A program made the position numbers and the translations under genes. DNA of 64,000 nucleotides. Origin: an uncultured Verrucomicrobiae bacterium. Its GTDB lineage: Bacteria > Verrucomicrobiota > Verrucomicrobiia > Limisphaerales > UBA11358. The notes beneath the pieces are model-generated. The model worked only from the letters and a program-made list of their open reading frames with translations. It searched no databases and was not told the origin of the DNA. Every line of letters starts with the position of its first letter. Positions within the stretch are counted from its first letter, which is position 1. Positions 41,748 to 49,984 of the stretch are shown here, piece by piece. The stretch covers positions 263,493 through 327,492 of the forward strand of contig CAVTVI010000006.1 in NCBI GenBank assembly GCA_963738175.1, written 5' to 3'.

Positions 41748-41817
41748 TTGCGGAAATGCTTTTGCCGCCACGTTGACGGTGAACAAAAACAAACAACCAA
41801 AACAAAAACAAACAACT

Positions 41818-42021
41818 ATGACCACACTAGAAATCAAAGGCGACTGGAACATCACCAAAGGCAAGCTGAAACAAAAATGGGCCGCGCTCACGGACGACGA
41901 TCTCCAATACGCCGAAGGCAGGCAGGACGAACTGATTGGCCGGATCCAGAAGCGCACGGGCGAGACCCGTGAAGCCGTCGAAAAAGCCGTCAAGGAATTC
42001 TTTGCCGCCGGCGGCAATTGA
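41818..42021 (+). CDS. csbD: CsbD family general stress protein
   Basis: KGDWNITKGKLKQKWAALTDDDLQYAEGRQDELIGRIQKRTGETREAVEKAV. ATG 41818 follows an A/C-rich leader. Confidence 0.88.
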   Translation: MTTLEIKGDWNITKGKLKQKWAALTDDDLQYAEGRQDELIGRIQKRTGETREAVEKAVKEFFAAGGN

Positions 42022-42050
42022 GCGGACACCATTGATTCTTTACCTAAAAG

Positions 42051-42087
42051 CCGGAACGAAAAATCGTTCCGGCCCTTTTTGTTTTTG
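42051..42087 (+). terminator. intrinsic terminator after csbD
   Basis: GCCGGAACGA-AAAA-TCGTTCCGGC hairpin followed by CCTTTTTGTTTTT. Confidence 0.8.
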
Positions 42088-42198
42088 AAATTATGTCTTT
42101 GCGGGCAGAATGGGAATCGTCTTCCCCACGTCTCTCCTGCTTTATTAACGAGTCACTAAACGACCTTTAACGGGATGCTGAATTGCGGAACGGAATCA

Positions 42199-42666
42199 TC
42201 ACATCCGCAAACCATTGGATGACGGCTGGCTTTGCCGGTTTGGCGGCGGCGCAGATTGTTCGAGGCAACCGTCGCTCACGCGCAGAACATTGCCCACCGT
42301 GATCAATAACTCCTCGATGCTATAAGGTTTGAGCAGCGTGGCCTCGATTTGCAGCCACGGATGCCGGCTCAATTCATCTTCGGGAAAGGTTCCGGTGGCC
42401 ATGATGACCGGCAACGCCATGCGGGCGGCATGAACTTTCTTGACCAACTCAACACCTGTCATCCTCGGCATATCGTTGTCGGTGATCAGCAGATGATAAT
42501 TTTTAAGTTGCAACACTTCCCAAGCGTCAGCCCCGTCGTTGGCGGTATCAACCTCGTAGCCGGATTCAACCAGCACCGTGCTGTTGAGTTGGAGAATTAA
42601 AGGCTCGTCATCCGCCAGAAGAATGCGCTGGGGGGTCGTTTTGCACTTAAGTGGCGCGCTGGGCAA
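42199..42666 (-). CDS. stand-alone response-regulator receiver protein
   Basis: ILLADDEPLILQ..HLLITDNDMPRMTG..PVIMATG; 155 aa, no output domain. Confidence 0.85.
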   Translation of the reverse strand: MPSAPLKCKTTPQRILLADDEPLILQLNSTVLVESGYEVDTANDGADAWEVLQLKNYHLLITDNDMPRMTGVELVKKVHAARMALPVIMATGTFPEDELSRHPWLQIEATLLKPYSIEELLITVGNVLRVSDGCLEQSAPPPNRQSQPSSNGLRM

Positions 42667-42733
42667 CGTATTTCTCCGTCATGTAAAACTACTCTTTCTT
42701 TCATTTCGACATCATAGGCTGAAACCTTTGCGG

Positions 42734-42756
42734 CTGCCATGGGGTGTTTTACCCAT
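42734..42756 (-). promoter_or_regulatory. stress-block palindromic box, copy 9
   Basis: ATGGGTAAAACACCCCATGGCAG, 67 nt upstream of ATG 42666. Confidence 0.6.
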
Positions 42757-42927
42757 GCCGGGTTGGATGATTCATTCCGCCAACGCCTTCGCACCGCCGA
42801 AATCCGCGCGCTGGCAGCGTTCCTCAAATCAACACGGATTGACAGAGTTTCGCCCATCACACGTTAAGGATTGACTATTTAGCTCGGATTGTATATGAGT
42901 CGGACTTAACTCATTTTAGAAGTCAGC

Positions 42928-43740
42928 ATGAATACACCTCCACCAGGGAAATCAAAGTTGCCAGCGGCCCGTTCCGCTTTCACATTGACGGAATTGCTGG
43001 TGGTGATTGGCACGATTGCGTTGCTGGCGGTAATGCTGTTGCCCGCCCTTGCCGCCTCCAGCAGTGAAAGAGCCATCCGCACGGCCTGTCTGAACAACCT
43101 CCGCCAGTTAAGCATTGAGATGACCGTTTATGCCGGCAACAACAATGACAAAGTCCTCCCAGCCCGCTCGGTGGGGTCGAGTTTTAATCAGATTGCTCTC
43201 AGTGGAATTTCCGGAACAACCGCCACCAACATCGGCCTGCTCCCGACCAACACAGCTTCAATCTGGACCTGCCCCGATCACCCCGGATTACCCTACTTTG
43301 ATCCGTTTCAATCCCCCGCGCAGTGGGACATCGGCTACCAGTATTTTGGCGGCATCACCAATTGGGTCAACCCGGTGTATCCTTCGGGGCTCCATCCATC
43401 ACGCAGTCCCGTCAAGTTGAGCCAGTCCCAGCCCTATTGGTGCCTGGCCGCAGATATAGAATTTTATGACGGAACCGGCGGCGGCTGGAGCGCCCAGCCG
43501 ATGGGTGGTGGTGGTAGTGGTGGTTCAATTTATGTGAGCGAGCACCATGGTTCAGACTCGTTGACTCCCCAGGGTGGCAACGAAGTGTTTGTGGACGGCT
43601 CCGCCCGGTGGATACAGATCGAGAAAATGCGATTTCTTACGACCTTTAATACAGCCCGGCAATTTTATTTCTATCAGGATCCCAAAGACTTTACGCCCTT
43701 GTTGCTCTTACATATGAATAATTTGCTTCCGCCGCCGTGA
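42928..43740 (+). CDS. prepilin-type N-terminal cleavage/methylation domain protein (DUF1559-like pseudopilin)
   Basis: [24 protein letters not shown] at the N-terminus; the C-terminal region carries HHGSD. Confidence 0.8.
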   Translation: MNTPPPGKSKLPAARSAFTLTELLVVIGTIALLAVMLLPALAASSSERAIRTACLNNLRQLSIEMTVYAGNNNDKVLPARSVGSSFNQIALSGISGTTATNIGLLPTNTASIWTCPDHPGLPYFDPFQSPAQWDIGYQYFGGITNWVNPVYPSGLHPSRSPVKLSQSQPYWCLAADIEFYDGTGGGWSAQPMGGGGSGGSIYVSEHHGSDSLTPQGGNEVFVDGSARWIQIEKMRFLTTFNTARQFYFYQDPKDFTPLLLLHMNNLLPPP

Positions 43741-43753
43741 ACCGAGACATGAC

Positions 43754-45808
43754 ATGAAATCCCGGCAAACAGCTGATTGGGTGGGACACAGACAAGTTCT
43801 GCTTCATCCCGGACAACTGTTGCTGTCAATTTGCGTGGCGATTTGCTCGACCGTGTTTTCTTCATCACTCATGGCCGGTTCACCGAACGGCCAGGTGGCA
43901 AGCTGGGGTTCGCGGGTGATGCCAAACGTGCCACCGGGAACGGTCTTCACCAGTATCGCCGCCGGATTCGATCACAGTCTGGCCCTGAAAAATGACGGAA
44001 CGGTCATGGCTTGGGGAAACAACTTCGACGGTCAGGCAACGGCGCCCGCCGGGTTGAGCAACGTCGTGGCCATTGCGGCTGGGGGCGGCGGGTATAGTCT
44101 CGCGCTGAAGAACGACGGAACGGTTGTCAGTTGGGGTTCCACGAATGTCATGAATCCGCATGAAACGCCCCCGGCATTGCCTCCGATTATGGCCATCGCG
44201 GCGGGGGAATTTTATAGCCTGGCACTTGCGACCAACGGGAATGTGGTCGCGTGGGGTGGAGGCCTCTATGGCCAGTCTATGCCGGGCGGTTTGACCAACG
44301 TCTTGGCCATCGCAGCGGGCAGTTATCACAGTCTGGCGCTCAAAAGCGATGGCACCGTGGTTGCCTGGGGTGCCGGCACGCCTGCGACCAATTCATTTCC
44401 CAACTACGGCCAGAACCTCGTGCCCGCCGGGTTAAGCAACGTGATCGCCATCGCGGCGGGAGCGAACCACAGCATGGCCCTCAAACAGGATGGAACGGTC
44501 ATCGCCTGGGGATGCAATTATGACGGTCAAACAAATGTGCCCGCCGGGCTGAACAATGTCGTGGCCATCGCCGCCGGTGGCAGCGAGGAAACCGGCCACA
44601 GCCTGGCGCTCAAGAGCGATGGCACCGTGGTCGCCTGGGGAAACAACAATTACGGCCAGACGAATGTGCCGGCCGGCTTGAGCAACATCGTGGCCATTGC
44701 CGCCGGCTCTTATTACAATCTGGCACTCACCGGCGATGGCTCAATCGTCGCGTGGGGCGGTGCCAATGCCGATTACGCAACCGTGCCGTCCAAATTGAAT
44801 AACGTGGCCGCCATGAGCGCCGCGTGGGGGCACAACCTCGGCCTTGAAAGCGACGGCTCGGTGGTGCTCTGGGATTACAACTATCAAACCAATCCGCCAG
44901 CCGGGTTGAATAACATGATCGCGGTTGCGGCGGGAGCTAATTTCGATCTGGCGCTCCGGGGCGACGGCTCCGTGCTTGCGTGGGGAGATGATTCCTACGG
45001 GCAAACCGACGTCCCCGCCGGGTTGAGCAATGCGGTGGCGATTGCGGCAGGCGATCGCCACAGCCTAGCCCTGTGCAATGATGGGACGGTGGTCGCGTGG
45101 GGAGCCGGACTGACCAACGGCGGCCCGTTCCCGCACTTCGGCCAGTCACTGGTTCCGGCTGGATTAAGCAATGTCGTGGCGATTGACGCGGGCGAGGTTC
45201 ACAGCTTGGCCCTGTGCAATGATGGCACCGTGGTTGCCTGGGGGGACAATTCCGCCGGGCAAACCAATGTTCCGGTCGGTTTGAGCAGCGTGGTCGCCAT
45301 CGCGGCGGGTTCGTTTCACAATCTTGCCCTTTTGAGCAACAGCACGGTGGTTGCCTGGGGAAATAATTACTTTGGCCAGACGAATGTGCCGGTGGGATTG
45401 AGTAATGTCCTCGCGGTTGCGGCAGACAACAGCCACAGTCTGGCGCTGAAAAACGACGGCACGGTCGTTGTCTGGGGCGACAACACTTACGGCCAGACCA
45501 ATGTGCCGTCCGGGTTGACAAACGTTGTGACCATTGCAGCGCACACGGGCCGCGGCATGGCCATCACTGCCGCCTTGAAAATCCTGTCCATCGAATCTTC
45601 CGGCAATAGCGCGCTCCTGCGTTTCCATGGGTTTGCGGGACGCCAATATACTATGGAATACTCGCCCGACCTCGCTCCGGGTGATTGGTTTGAACTGCCG
45701 GGTGCCGGCGTTGAAGGCAGCGGGTTGGATGCGGCAGTAATGGATACCAACGCCATGTCGGCAGCGGCCAGCAGATTCTATCGCGTAAAGGAATCCCAGT
45801 CCCCCTGA
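43754..45808 (+). CDS. secreted RCC1-repeat (beta-propeller) protein
   Basis: About 13 tandem ~50-aa repeats of V(V/I)AIAAG..HSLAL..DGTVVAWG.N..GQTNVPAGLSN; signal peptide present. Confidence 0.85.
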   Translation: MKSRQTADWVGHRQVLLHPGQLLLSICVAICSTVFSSSLMAGSPNGQVASWGSRVMPNVPPGTVFTSIAAGFDHSLALKNDGTVMAWGNNFDGQATAPAGLSNVVAIAAGGGGYSLALKNDGTVVSWGSTNVMNPHETPPALPPIMAIAAGEFYSLALATNGNVVAWGGGLYGQSMPGGLTNVLAIAAGSYHSLALKSDGTVVAWGAGTPATNSFPNYGQNLVPAGLSNVIAIAAGANHSMALKQDGTVIAWGCNYDGQTNVPAGLNNVVAIAAGGSEETGHSLALKSDGTVVAWGNNNYGQTNVPAGLSNIVAIAAGSYYNLALTGDGSIVAWGGANADYATVPSKLNNVAAMSAAWGHNLGLESDGSVVLWDYNYQTNPPAGLNNMIAVAAGANFDLALRGDGSVLAWGDDSYGQTDVPAGLSNAVAIAAGDRHSLALCNDGTVVAWGAGLTNGGPFPHFGQSLVPAGLSNVVAIDAGEVHSLALCNDGTVVAWGDNSAGQTNVPVGLSSVVAIAAGSFHNLALLSNSTVVAWGNNYFGQTNVPVGLSNVLAVAADNSHSLALKNDGTVVVWGDNTYGQTNVPSGLTNVVTIAAHTGRGMAITAALKILSIESSGNSALLRFHGFAGRQYTMEYSPDLAPGDWFELPGAGVEGSGLDAAVMDTNAMSAAASRFYRVKESQSP

Positions 45809-45853
45809 TTTTTCAACTGTGCGCGAAAATTGGCCGGACACTCATTGACCCGG

Positions 45854-46288
45854 TTATTTTTTGTCGTGACCCGGCCCGGCATTCTCGTCGTGATGTTCAC
45901 CGGCAGGCCGCCAATTTCTCGGATACTTCTGCATCATCTCGGCATGATGCCGTTCCGGGGAGTCATGCCAATCCATGTGCACTGACGGTGAAGCCAGCAG
46001 CACTTCAACCGAGACTCCCATCGGCACCGGCGCAAAAACCCAGACACCGCCATCCAAATAAGCGTATTGGTGCCGGTGGCTGTTGTAATAGATGGCATAG
46101 TTGGGATAATATACATAGTCGTCCTGCACGATTACGACCGGGGGTGCCACGATCACGGGAGGCGGCACGCCGATCACGATGGTTACTCCGCCAGCGTAAC
46201 CCGCGCTTCCGGTCAGCGTCGCCAGCAGCACGGCACCCAGCACGAATGCAACCTTGTTAGTTTTTAAGAAATGTTTTTTGTTATTCAT
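45854..46288 (-). CDS. small secreted/lipoprotein, paralog of 28527..28961
   Basis: MNNKKHFLKTNKVAFVLGAVLLATLTGSAG.. Same conserved core as the 28.5-kb gene. Confidence 0.65.
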   Translation of the reverse strand: MNNKKHFLKTNKVAFVLGAVLLATLTGSAGYAGGVTIVIGVPPPVIVAPPVVIVQDDYVYYPNYAIYYNSHRHQYAYLDGGVWVFAPVPMGVSVEVLLASPSVHMDWHDSPERHHAEMMQKYPRNWRPAGEHHDENAGPGHDKK

Positions 46289-46317
46289 GGGATGAGAGTA
46301 TTCCAGAAGGTGCGCCG

Positions 46318-46339
46318 GCGCTATGGGGTGTAACCCGAA
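46318..46339 (-). promoter_or_regulatory. stress-block palindromic box, copy 10
   Basis: TTCGGGTTACACCCCATAGCGC, 29 nt upstream of ATG 46288. Confidence 0.6.
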
Positions 46340-46457
46340 GGAAGGCCCGGCACAATCCGCCGCAAAAATTTGACTTTTATTGATAATCCCCGCGAAGCAG
46401 GAGAAATGTCCGTCGTCCACTTAAAAAATCCGCGCGCCGAGATGGCTTGCTGGAAGA

Positions 46458-46655
46458 TTATTGCCAGAAGGAAATCACCGTTGAAGTCAACTCCTTGCCG
46501 GAAGGGAAAACTTTCCATTTGCCGTCATAATCAGCCACGGCCATGCACCGGAAATCTTCACATTGAACCCAATACCGTTGGCCGATTACCAGCCGTGGAT
46601 CGCCCACGAAGCGAGCATCTGATTTTTTGACGCTTTTGATCACCCTCTGCCACAC
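46458..46655 (-). CDS. hypothetical 65-aa protein
   Basis: GTG-started ORF directly behind box copy 11. Protein-like composition (..RYWVQCEDFRCMAVADYDGKWKVFPSGKEL..). No family recognised. Confidence 0.35.
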   Translation of the reverse strand: MWQRVIKSVKKSDARFVGDPRLVIGQRYWVQCEDFRCMAVADYDGKWKVFPSGKELTSTVISFWQ

Positions 46656-46676
46656 TAACCTTTTTCATCACCGCCT

Positions 46677-46698
46677 CGCCATGGGGTGTTCACCCTAT
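46677..46698 (-). promoter_or_regulatory. stress-block palindromic box, copy 11
   Basis: ATAGGGTGAACACCCCATGGCG, 21 nt upstream of GTG 46655. Confidence 0.55.
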
Positions 46699-46766
46699 AC
46701 GTTTCGGACTGATGCGCTACCTGACCTTCTCGTTCCGGCTGTTTGTTTCTGCTTCCGGCGTCGAAA

Positions 46767-47450
46767 TCAAACAATGGTCAACTGGACGCTGTTCTCGATG
46801 ATGCCCGCGCTGATGGCGTAGCGGGTGAGGCCGGCGGTGTCGTGGATGTCGAGCTTCTCCATGAGATGTTCGCGATGTTTCTCGACGGTCTTGATGCCGA
46901 TGCCCAATTCTTCCGCAGTTTGCTTGTTGGCCTTGCCTTCGGCGATGAGTTGCAGCACTTCCATTTCGCGCGAAGTCAGTTCGGAAATTTTCTTTTTAAG
47001 CAGTCCGGCGCGGTTCGGCGTTTTTTTATTCTGATGGTCGAGGCGTTTGGAAATGGAGGGACTGAAAAATGTTTTTCCTTTTTGGACTTCCCGGATCGCG
47101 CGGCACACCTCGTGGGCGGAAGTCTGCTTGAGCAGAAATCCCACCGCGCCGGAATCGGTCGCGTTTTTGACATACGCGTCGTCGCTGTGCGCGGAGAGCA
47201 TGAGCACTTTGGTGGCGGGAACGGCCTGGAGCACCTGCCGCGTGGCTTCCAATCCGTTGAGCAGCGGCATCGCGATGTCCATCAACACCACTTCGGGACG
47301 AAGTTTTTTCGCCAGCGCGACGGCCTGGCGACCGTCCTGCGCCTCGCCGACGATTTCAATGTCGTCTTCGAGTTCGAGCATCTTGCGAAAACCTTCGCGC
47401 ACGATCATGTGGTCTTCCGCGAGCAGGACGGTGATTCTTTTCATGGACAT
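46767..47450 (-). CDS. NarL/FixJ-family response regulator (REC + LuxR HTH)
   Basis: VLLAEDHMIVREG..VVLMDIAMPLLNG; LTSREMEVLQLIAEGKANKQTAEELGIGIKTVEKHREHLMEKL. Confidence 0.92.
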   Translation of the reverse strand: MSMKRITVLLAEDHMIVREGFRKMLELEDDIEIVGEAQDGRQAVALAKKLRPEVVLMDIAMPLLNGLEATRQVLQAVPATKVLMLSAHSDDAYVKNATDSGAVGFLLKQTSAHEVCRAIREVQKGKTFFSPSISKRLDHQNKKTPNRAGLLKKKISELTSREMEVLQLIAEGKANKQTAEELGIGIKTVEKHREHLMEKLDIHDTAGLTRYAISAGIIENSVQLTIV

Positions 47451-47465
47451 ATTAATGATGTTTCT

Positions 47466-48605
47466 TTACCGGATTTTTTTGCGGGGGGGGGGTAATTTGC
47501 CAAATGGAATTTCCACCTGGACGGCGGTGCCTTTGCCGGGCGCGGATTCGACGCAAAAAGTGCCGCCGACCATTTCGACGCGCTCCCTCATGCCGAGCAG
47601 TCCGAGACGGTTGCCGGTATTGGCGTGCAAGGCGCGCTCGACACTGAAAGATTTGCCGTCGTCCTTGATTTCCATGCGGGCGACGGCCTGAAATTTGCGG
47701 ATGTCCACTTCCACGCGGCGCGCGTGGGCGTGGCGGGCCACGTTGGTGAGCGCTTCCTGCGCCACGCGAAAGAGCACCGTCCGTTTGGCGATGTCCAATT
47801 GCTCGATGCCCGCAAACGCCTTCAAGTGAACCTGGAGGCGCGTCCGCTTGGAAAAGAGTTTCACGAACGAATGCAGCGCGGGGATCAAGCCGAGGTCGTC
47901 CAGCACCGCCGGGCGCAATTCGCGGGCGAACTGATGCACGATGTCCACGGATTTTTCCACGAGCCGCTGCGTGCTGGCGATGTTGCGGTCGAGATGCTTG
48001 GTGTTGAGCGCGGCCTCTTTTTTCAAGGCCGCGAGCCGGACGTTGATGCCGGTCAAAGTCTGGGCGATGACATCATGCAGTTCGCGGCTGATGCGTTTCC
48101 GCTCGTCCTCCTGCGCGGAAAGAATCTGGCGGGACAATTGCCGCAACTGCTCCTGCAGGCGTTCCGAATCCGCCAGCAACTTGCTGTAATGGTGCTCGCT
48201 TTTTTTAAGCGCCGTCTCCACCGCCTTGCGCTGGGCGATTTCCTGCTGCAACTCCACGTTCGAGGCGGCCAGTTCCACGGTGCGCTGGCTCAACATCTCG
48301 ACGATCTGGTTCAGGTGGACGGCGGCCTCGTGTGAGCCGCGATGGATTTTCTCGATGGGAGTGATCGCCTCGGTGAAAAAAATCCCCGCCTGCCTGATGA
48401 GCGCGGTGCGTTTGCCGGCCGCGCGACCCGGCAACACTTTGGTCACGAGGATTTGCTCATGGAGCTTGGCCATGTCCAGCGTCTGCAAGCCGACGTCCAG
48501 CGCCTGCTGGCCCATGCCGCGCGCCCGTTGCAGACGTGCGCGGGAGCGTTGCTTGAGATAAGCCTGCAGTTCCGCCTGATAACGTTTTGAAAATTTTTGT
48601 TTCAT
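47466..48605 (-). CDS. cytoplasmic sensor histidine kinase (HisKA_3 + HATPase_c)
   Basis: H-box ISRELHDVIAQTL; IKDDGKSF; LGLLGMRERVEMVGG. No TM segment. Confidence 0.9.
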   Translation of the reverse strand: MKQKFSKRYQAELQAYLKQRSRARLQRARGMGQQALDVGLQTLDMAKLHEQILVTKVLPGRAAGKRTALIRQAGIFFTEAITPIEKIHRGSHEAAVHLNQIVEMLSQRTVELAASNVELQQEIAQRKAVETALKKSEHHYSKLLADSERLQEQLRQLSRQILSAQEDERKRISRELHDVIAQTLTGINVRLAALKKEAALNTKHLDRNIASTQRLVEKSVDIVHQFARELRPAVLDDLGLIPALHSFVKLFSKRTRLQVHLKAFAGIEQLDIAKRTVLFRVAQEALTNVARHAHARRVEVDIRKFQAVARMEIKDDGKSFSVERALHANTGNRLGLLGMRERVEMVGGTFCVESAPGKGTAVQVEIPFGKLPPPRKKIR

Positions 48606-49300
48606 AACCCGGCGAATTCCCGCGCGACCCGCCGGACGGATTTGGCCGATTTTAACACCAGCCGCTGCGTGCTGGCGATTTCATTTTTGAGACCCCTGGT
48701 GTTGCGCCGCGCCTCCTGTTTCAATGAAAGCAGCCGGACATTGATGCCCAGCAAAGTCTGGGCGATTTCATCATGCAGTTCGCGGCTGATGTTCTTGCGG
48801 TCGTCTTCCTGCGCCGCCATCACCCGGTGCGTCAGCAGCCGCAGCCGCTTTTGCAACCGGAGCGATTCCTCCAGGCATTTGTTGTGGTGCTTCCCGGTTT
48901 TCTCGAAAGCGTCCTCCATGGCCTTGCGCCGGGTGATGCCGCGTTGCAACTGGCGGTTGGACACGGCCAGTTCTTCCGTGCGCTGGCCCAGCGTTTCGTT
49001 CAACCGGCTCAAGTCAATTTTGCCTTGCCGCGCGGCGCGATGTGTTTCCGCGATCGGAATGTTGGCCTCGGTGAAAAAAATCCCGGCCAGCTTGGTGAAG
49101 CCGTTTTTTATTTTGGATAATTCCAAGGTGGCGAGCGCGCGCTCGTGAATCCGCGCCAGTTCCAGCGTGCCCAGACCGAGGGCGACCGCCTCGCGTCCCA
49201 GTCCCAACGCCGGCTGCAGGCTTGCCTGCGGGCCTTGCTTCAGGTGTTTTCGCAACACAGCCACATACCGTTCCGACAAGCCGATTAGATTTTGCTTCAT
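48602..49300 (-). CDS. histidine-kinase paralog with sensor + DHp (H-box) but no ATPase domain
   Basis: Collinear with the N-terminal 230 aa of the 47466..48605 kinase (GIFFTEA, H-box ISRELHDEIAQTL). Ends at ..VAREFAGL-stop, where the kinase continues ARELRPAVLDDLGL. ATGA overlap with the kinase start. Confidence 0.8.
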   Translation of the reverse strand: MKQNLIGLSERYVAVLRKHLKQGPQASLQPALGLGREAVALGLGTLELARIHERALATLELSKIKNGFTKLAGIFFTEANIPIAETHRAARQGKIDLSRLNETLGQRTEELAVSNRQLQRGITRRKAMEDAFEKTGKHHNKCLEESLRLQKRLRLLTHRVMAAQEDDRKNISRELHDEIAQTLLGINVRLLSLKQEARRNTRGLKNEIASTQRLVLKSAKSVRRVAREFAGL

Positions 49301-49388
49301 GTTGTCAAGCCGGGTTCTGCGGAGTTGGGGCTTTATCTTTCAATTTTCAATCACAACTCATGACATTGTCCGTCAATTTCATTGGTTC

Positions 49389-49409
49389 GGATATGGGGTG
49401 AAACCCGAC
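49389..49409 (-). promoter_or_regulatory. stress-block palindromic box, copy 12
   Basis: GTCGGGTTTCACCCCATATCC, 88 nt upstream of ATG 49300. A second palindrome CCGGTGAACACCGG lies at 49431..49444. Confidence 0.5.
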
Positions 49410-49525
49410 CCCGATCAAAAATTTGAAAGCCCGGTGAACACCGGAGGAAAAGTGTTCGCCGGGCGATGCCGGCCTAAACAAAATTTTGTTTCGTCCAGGC
49501 TGTGCAAATGTTTCAAGTCCGCCCA

Positions 49526-49741
49526 TCAGACGCTCTTGGGTCTTACGAGCAACAGCACGATTCCGCCGATGAGCGCGAGCGCTCCGACGGCGGGCGGAAT
49601 AAAATGATTGTCGGTGGTCGCAATGTGCATCCCAAGAAACTCGATGGGTTTTCCCGGAGTGGTGAAGCTCAAGCCCGAATAGGCGAGCACCACAATGCCC
49701 AAAGTAATCAGCAGGACGGCAACAATGGTTTTTGTGTTCAT
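49526..49741 (-). CDS. small two-TM membrane protein
   Basis: MNTKTIVAVLLITLGIVVLAYSG ... AVGALALIGGIVLLLV; 71 aa. Confidence 0.55.
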   Translation of the reverse strand: MNTKTIVAVLLITLGIVVLAYSGLSFTTPGKPIEFLGMHIATTDNHFIPPAVGALALIGGIVLLLVRPKSV

Positions 49742-49768
49742 ATTGAATTTATAAATTGATTTCTCCGG

Positions 49769-49921
49769 CTAAAGCACCGGTTTCCTGCCCGAGATGACCC
49801 GGAGCAAAACCACCACAATGGCGATGACAAGGAGGACATGAATGAAGCCGCCCATCGTGGTTCCGGTCACCAGACCGAGCAGCCACAAAACAACCAGCAC
49901 AAACGCAATGGTGTATAACAT
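49769..49921 (-). CDS. Lmo0937-like 50-aa membrane mini-protein (not in the ORF track)
   Basis: My own translation: MLYTIAFVLVVLWLLGLVTGTTMGGFIHVLLVIAIVVVLLRVISGRKPVL-stop. Confidence 0.6.
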   Translation of the reverse strand: MLYTIAFVLVVLWLLGLVTGTTMGGFIHVLLVIAIVVVLLRVISGRKPVL

Positions 49922-49984
49922 AAGATTTCTTTCGGTTGATTTGCCGGCGGGCGCGCTTTGCGTCCGCCGGCACTCAATTGACGT

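Noticed and set aside
49476-49491. Perfect AT-rich palindrome AAACAAAATTTTGTTT downstream of the 49526 gene.
   Set aside because: A short AT-only stem would be very weak as a terminator. It is a single occurrence and cannot be distinguished from chance in an AT-rich spacer.
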